Shown here piece by piece: positions 58,353 through 64,000 of a stretch of DNA of 64,000 nucleotides; within the stretch, counting starts at the first letter, position 1; every line of letters starts with the position of its first letter. The position numbers and the translations under genes are program-made. Source of the stretch: Diplonema japonicum (lineage: Eukaryota; Protista; Euglenozoa: Diplonemea); the NCBI GenBank assembly GCA_964019335.1, contig OZ025707.1, positions 124,001 to 188,000 of the forward strand, in the 5' to 3' direction. The notes below the pieces were generated by a model. The model did no database searches, was not told the origin of the DNA, and saw only the letters and a list, made by a program, of their open reading frames with translations.

Positions 58353-58571
58353 AAAACCTCGGGTTGGGGATTCGATTCGCTGATTTATATTCGATTCCCC
58401 CTCTCCCCTCCCCTCCCCTCCCCTGAATGATTAAACCAAATTCGTTTTTGATCTTTTCAATCCCCCTCCCCTCCCCTCCCCCTGAATGTGTAAACTAAAA
58501 AGAAAACGTGTGGCGTTACCTTACTTGTGTTTTTTTTTTTAGACACTTTTTTTTATTGCTGAAGGAAAGAG

Positions 58572-58613
<42 letters not shown>

Positions 58614-58918
58614 GAACTTGAAGACCAAACAAAAACGTCTCCGGTTTTGTTGAATCTTTGGACGCAACAACAGAAGAGGGCATCCAAGTGTGTTTGTTCT
58701 TGTTGTGGGTGTGTTTGTGTATTTGTCAGTACGAATTTAACCAGACTTCCCAATCCTTCGTTCGAACATCTCTTTCCTATTCCTTCTTCTCTTTTCCCTC
58801 TTTCTTTCTCTGCAGTTTTACACGACTCGTATCTTATTTTTTCGAGTTCGCATCCAATTAATCCCCAACACAGTCCCCTCTACCTGCACAACAACAACAA
58901 CAACAACAACAACAAAGT

Positions 58919-60442
58919 ATGGATCCGTCAGCTGCTGCGAACAACACCACCCTCACAAAAGAGGAGGGGAGGGTTGCCTTGGTGAGCGCTGTTTCAAAAG
59001 GGGACCTTGAGGAGATGAGGGAACTTGTTCTGGAGCGGGGTGTTGACCCTGGTGCAACGGGCAGCGATGGTTTCACAGCCCTGCACTATGCAGCTCGCGA
59101 AAACAACTGTGTCGAGGCTGTGGCTGCTCTCGTCTCTTCTTACCACCAGGACCCTGGTGTGAAAAGCAACGATGGTTGGACACCGGTTCATCTAGCAGCA
59201 CAGGAAGGCCAGCTGGAAACAGTTAAATATCTTATTGAAACTTGCGGTAGCGACGTAGGTGTCAAAAACAACGACAGTAGGACACCGGTTCACGAAGCAG
59301 CAGTTAACGGCCATCTTGAGACGGTTAAATATCTTGTTGAAACTCTTGGTCAAGACGCTGGTGTCAAATGCAACTTAGGTTTTACACCGCTTCATGATGC
59401 AGCATCAAACGGCCACCTGGAGACAGTTAAATATCTTGAAAAGTCTCGTTCCCGAAAAAAAAAGAGGAATGGAAAACTTGTTAAAACTCGCGGTGGCAAC
59501 AAAGGTGTGAGATGCAACGACGGTTGGACACCGGTTCATCTAGCAGCAGAGTACGGCCACCTGGAGACTGTTAAATATCTTGTTAAAACTCTTGGTCAAG
59601 ACGCTGGTGCGAAAAGCGAAGACGGTAGGACACCGATACATGAAGCAGCATTAAGAGGCCAGCTGGAGACTGTTAAATATCTTGTTGAAGCTTGCGGTCA
59701 AGACGCAGGTGTCAAATGCAAAGACGGTAGGACACCGGTTTATCACGCTGCATTAAGGGGCCATGTGATGATGGTTAAATATCTTGTTGAAACTCTCGGT
59801 CAAGACGCAGGTGTCAAAAGCAACTACGGTAGGACACCGCTTCATGATGCAGCATTAAGGGGCCACCTGGAGACAGTAAAATATCTTGTTGAAACTCTCG
59901 GTCAAGACGCAGGTGTCAAAAACAAAGACGGTTTTACACCGCTTCATTACGCAGCATTAAGGGGCCACCTGGAGACAGTAAAATATCTTGTTGAAACTCT
60001 CGGTCAAGACGCAGGTGTCAAAAACAAAGACGGTTTTACACCGCTTCATGAAGCAGCATTAAAGGGCCATCTGGAGACAGTTAAATATTTTGTTGAAACT
60101 CTCGGTCAAGACGCAGGTGTCAAAACCAACGAGGGTTGGGCACCGTTTCAACTAGCAGCATCAAGTGGCCAGCTGGAGACAGTAAAATATTTTGTTGAAA
60201 CTCTCGGTCAAGACGCAGGTGTCAAAAGCAACTACGGTTGGACACCGCTTCATGAAGCAGCATTCAAGGGCCATCTTGAGACGGTTAAATATCTTGTTGA
60301 AACTTGCGGTCAAGACGCAGGTGTCAAAAACAACGACGGTAGCACACCGGTTCATCTAGCGGCACAGGAAAGCCATCTCGAAACAATAAAATATCTTGTT
60401 GAAGAAAGAATAAAAAAAAAAGACTGGCGACAAGAAGGATAG
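58919..60442 (+). CDS. Ankyrin-repeat protein (507 aa)
   Basis: Lacks the SRRGAASRTLSVSCKKRK insert found in the other copies. Confidence 0.9.
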   Translation: MDPSAAANNTTLTKEEGRVALVSAVSKGDLEEMRELVLERGVDPGATGSDGFTALHYAARENNCVEAVAALVSSYHQDPGVKSNDGWTPVHLAAQEGQLETVKYLIETCGSDVGVKNNDSRTPVHEAAVNGHLETVKYLVETLGQDAGVKCNLGFTPLHDAASNGHLETVKYLEKSRSRKKKRNGKLVKTRGGNKGVRCNDGWTPVHLAAEYGHLETVKYLVKTLGQDAGAKSEDGRTPIHEAALRGQLETVKYLVEACGQDAGVKCKDGRTPVYHAALRGHVMMVKYLVETLGQDAGVKSNYGRTPLHDAALRGHLETVKYLVETLGQDAGVKNKDGFTPLHYAALRGHLETVKYLVETLGQDAGVKNKDGFTPLHEAALKGHLETVKYFVETLGQDAGVKTNEGWAPFQLAASSGQLETVKYFVETLGQDAGVKSNYGWTPLHEAAFKGHLETVKYLVETCGQDAGVKNNDGSTPVHLAAQESHLETIKYLVEERIKKKDWRQEG

Positions 60443-60931
60443 AAAATAAAGTGTTCACCAGTGTGATGTTCGAGAGGCACAATTTTCGTACTCTCCTATT
60501 TTTTTTTTTTAAATTTTTTTTTGCATGAACAAGAAAAACAATATATTGATAATGAATTGTTATTGCTAAAAAGAGTAGTGGTAGCATTGTAGGGCTTGGT
60601 TTCCAATTGTTGGGCTTATCCTTCTACAGGTTAATCCCGGCTGTGCACAAACAACAATCAACCGACTCTTTTTTTTAATTTATTATTATTATTTTTTTTT
60701 TTTTTGCATGAAGAAAAACAATCTATTGATACTGAATTGTTATTGCTAAAAAGAGTAGTGGTGGCATTGTAGGGCTTATCCTTCTACAGGTTAACCCCGG
60801 CTGTGCACAAACAGCAATCAACCGACTCTTTTTTTTGGAAGAAGTAAAAGAGAAGAAAAAAAACTATAACTATCTTGTTTCAAATCGTACCTGTTTCTTT
60901 GTTGTAAATGTGTCTCTCTCTCTTTTTTTTT

Positions 60932-62597
60932 TTTTATTTCACTCTTCGTCATTTTCTTCACTCACTAGGGGCCTCATTATTTAACGCGAAATCGCCATTA
61001 TTTAACTAGTTAAATAATGAGATTTTGCAGTTAAATAATGGCCATTCAGAGTGAAAAAATGGGTCTCGTCGTGAAAAAAATGTACCCACCCCCTTGAAAA
61101 ATTTTTTTGGGGTGGGGGTATTTTGACTATTTTTGGCCATCTGAGGCCATTCCAGCCCTTAAAAGTGGGAATAAGCGCTTTACTTCCCCTTTAAATGCCA
61201 TAGCGAAATTGCCACCCCCATATCACCTTAGGGAAATTTCAGCAAAAAAACCACCTAACAGCACTACAAATCGCATCGCAATCATGCCAAAGGTTAAAAA
61301 GTGTTCGAACTGGGAAGAAAAACTCCCCAGGAAGTCAGCTGAGATTTACAAAACAGCATGGGAAAACTTCTGGTCCAAGCATACGAAGCCGAAAGAAGCT
61401 GATGTCATCTCCTATCTTAAGCAGAAACTTGCTGATGGGTACAGCTGTGGCACCGCGTGGACGCTGTATAGCCAAATCCGGGCTGTCTTCGTTGCAATTT
61501 ATGGGGCTGATGAAAAGGAGTGGAAAGAGCTCAAACTCTTTTTGAAGAGGTCGGAATCCTCCACGACCCGGGTTGTCAAAAAAGCTGAGGTATTCAACAT
61601 GGAGGACCTCTCTACGTTGCTCACCCTCGAATGCCCTGAGCATATGAAGGCCAACGTTTTTACCGTGAACAGAGCAATGTTTGTTTGTGGTTATTACGGG
61701 GGGTTGAGGGGGGAAGAGCTGTACGAGCTAGAGTACTCTAAGGTGTCGCAAGACGACTACGGCTTCTGGTTCTGCTTCCAGCGCAAGAAACAGCGTGGAC
61801 CTCCGGAGCTTTCGACCTTTTTAGTGCCGAAGGGACTCGCAGCCGATGTTTTCAACATCTATTTTTCCTCTGTTGACGACAAGAAACCGTTCCTTTGGAG
61901 GGCAGCCCATACACAGAACGGGTCGAAGGGGTTTGTTGCGTCCAGGTTAGGGATCAACACCGTGAGGAACGTCACCAAAGTAGTGGCCAGCCTGCTAGGC
62001 AAGAGCTGCCCGTCGAAGTACACTTCGCATTCGATGAGGAGGAGTGCCGCTACAGCTGCTTGTGAAGGGGGCGCCGACATAGCCACGCTGATGAAATTTT
62101 TTAGCTGGAACTCGGTTTCAGTAGCCCAGGGCTACATCGATAAAAGCAAAAAGCTGATTAGTACTGTGTCGCAGCAGCTGAACATTCCTTGCCTGCCCTC
62201 ACAACAGCAGCCTGGAAATCCTGCCTTGGTTCCCAACACACAACAGCCTGGACTGCCACAGCCCGCCCCCAACAGTGTCCAACCGGGTCAAACTATCTAT
62301 TTCTCAAATATTAGCGACTACGTCACAATCAATATCAACAATAACCAAATGCCTGTCCCCCCCCAAAAAAAAGCTGACCCGTGTGAGGAAAGCAGCGGTG
62401 AAAGCAGTGAGAGTGAGTGAGTGAGAGTGACTCAAATGACGAAGAGTGAAATAAAACGACTTACTTGCCGCCAAATGAGCCATAATTTAACTCTCGTTAC
62501 CGTTTTTTTGCACTCGGGCCCGGCGGGCCCTCGTGCAAAAAATTCGGGACCTCGAGTTAAATTATGACTCATTATTTGTTGGCAATAAATAGTTATT
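60932..62597 (+). mobile_element. Apparently intact tyrosine-recombinase DNA transposon (Crypton-like) inserted in a poly(T) run
   Basis: Empty site visible in other units (e.g. about 55660-55690). Perfect 23-bp IR at 60932-60954 / 62434-62456; terminal hairpin 62460-62592; terminus AATAAATAGTTATT. Confidence 0.9.
61284..62420 (+). CDS. Tyrosine recombinase (378 aa from MPKVKK)
   Basis: Catalytic set R (GLRGEE), K (RKKQ), HxxR (HSMRR), W (FSWNS), Y (QGYID). Confidence 0.9.
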   Translation: MPKVKKCSNWEEKLPRKSAEIYKTAWENFWSKHTKPKEADVISYLKQKLADGYSCGTAWTLYSQIRAVFVAIYGADEKEWKELKLFLKRSESSTTRVVKKAEVFNMEDLSTLLTLECPEHMKANVFTVNRAMFVCGYYGGLRGEELYELEYSKVSQDDYGFWFCFQRKKQRGPPELSTFLVPKGLAADVFNIYFSSVDDKKPFLWRAAHTQNGSKGFVASRLGINTVRNVTKVVASLLGKSCPSKYTSHSMRRSAATAACEGGADIATLMKFFSWNSVSVAQGYIDKSKKLISTVSQQLNIPCLPSQQQPGNPALVPNTQQPGLPQPAPNSVQPGQTIYFSNISDYVTININNNQMPVPPQKKADPCEESSGESSESE

Positions 62598-64000
62598 TCT
62601 TTTTTTTTTTCTCTTTATTTATACTCGGTTGTTTTGTACACCAGGTACCCTTAACGTCATGAAAGACCCGAAGAGGGCGGGGTTCCTCAAGGACAGTGAA
62701 GAGACCACCTTTTTATTAGCAAGCCATTCAAGGCAGCAGGAAGAAAACAAATGAAGTGTATCAAATAGAAGAACAGAAATTGTGATAAATTTCGGTGTGC
62801 GGGTGGGTGCTCACCGTTGTAGAAAAGAAAAAAAAAACGAAAAAGAAAGAAGTAGTAAACCCCCACAGGTGCATCTTCAGGAGTTTCAGTCTTGAAGAAG
62901 AGAAAAGAAAAGAAAAGAAAAAAAGAAGAAAAGAAAAGGGGAAAAAAAAAAAAGAAGAGAAGTGATTTCCTTTTGATCTTTCTTTTGTTGTTGTGTTTGA
63001 TGTTTTTTTTTTTTTCTGATTAGAGTGGGTCTTTTTGTTTTTTCCCTCGCTCTCATCTTCTCTTGGAAAGAGAAAAATAAATAGAAAAGGGAGGGCCTCC
63101 GATGTTCAAAACCTAAATAGATTTTTTTTTTTTTTTTAACCAGGGGCAGAAGTTCGCCAAGAGTGTACAGTCCTGTTTCTCGCGGAAACAGAGAACCTAC
63201 CCCCCACCCCCACAGCAGCCGACCAATCAGACACAGCAGTGTGAAAAAAAAAAAAAAAAAAAAAATGCCCTTATTTAGAACAAAAGGAGAAAGGGAATAA
63301 AAAAAAAAGCAATTGTTTATCTTTCTTCTACTGCCTCCTTCTTTTGGGTACCAAAAAAGCTTTTCAGAAGGTCCAATACCGGCCAGGGGTGAGAGTGAGA
63401 GGACAACATGGAAGTCCGGTTCCCCGTGGTTTCATCCCCCATCCTCATTCTCGCTTTCCTCCCACCTCTTCATAGTTTACTGTTTCACGAGCGCTCCTTT
63501 TGTCGTTGTTGGACTTCAGGGTGAGCTGCTTATATTCCTTTCCTCCCGAGTTTCAGCCTTGTGAGCTGACCATCAATATTCAATAGATTTTTTTTTTTTA
63601 AACCGGGGGCGGAGGCTCACATTCAGTTTACTTTTTTCATTTTTATTTTTATTAGGTTTGTCCTCCACTTTGAGTTTTTATTTTTTATTATTTTTTTTTT
63701 CTTATTTTATTTTTTATTTCTATTCTTACTTTCATTTTTCATTTAATTTTACGTTTCATCCCGCTACCAGTCGTGGTCGCCAACAGCTCGCTCACACCCT
63801 TCTCCAGGATCTCCCTCCAGCATCTTGTCCGCGCAGCTGTCCGCGGCGGCGTCGTAGGCAGCGGCCTTTGCTTCCAACTTCGGTCGCATTTCGGCTTCCG
63901 GTGTGGCTTGTGCCACTCGCTGTAGTCAGTCTCGGGGTACTCGGGATAGAGGCCAGTCCCCACGTCTCACACCCTTCTCGTAGGCAGCGGCCTTTGCTTC

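Larger units (their letters stand above)
17230..64000 (+). repeat. Tandem array of subtilase + ankyrin-gene units (about 5.4-5.7 kb), interrupted by transposons; continues beyond the window
   Basis: The same S8 gene, ANK gene and intergenic spacers recur in the same order throughout. Confidence 0.95.

Noticed and set aside
60520-60835. Local duplication of about 150 bp of the ANK 3' flank
   Set aside because: Real but an ordinary tandem duplication with no further signal.

Overview
Eukaryotic, almost certainly euglenozoan (most likely diplonemid) nuclear DNA. All host genes lie on the + strand, they have short GT-AG introns rich in A/T homopolymers, and the 3' end of a kinetoplastid/diplonemid-type spliced leader (TTTCTGTACTTTATTG) appears at a retroelement 5' end. 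Positions 1-17 kb hold single-copy genes (SCC3/STAG-like, ZMYND12/TAX-1-like, two membrane proteins, ERMARD-like, a WW-like/coiled-coil protein), a tandem box C/D snoRNA cluster with an extra intronic copy, two MITEs and a decayed tyrosine-recombinase (Crypton-like) transposon inside an intron. Positions 17-64 kb are a tandem array (about 5.4-5.7 kb unit) of a near-invariant secreted S8 subtilase plus a hypervariable 34-aa ankyrin-repeat gene, with one kinase-ankyrin variant. The array is invaded by several elements. (i) A 7.9-kb Penelope-like element with an N-terminal GIY-YIG domain, two Josephin-like domains and ends that coincide with a splice acceptor. (ii) Two LINE fragments; one begins with spliced-leader sequence plus an anti-SL segment and has pseudo-OTU ORF1 joined in frame through UGA-C and a 2A-like peptide to ORF2. 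(iii) An intact Crypton-like element that shares its end architecture with the intronic one. (iv) Two small insertions. All assignments are by-eye motif recognition. Single-base frameshifts may be sequencing errors.
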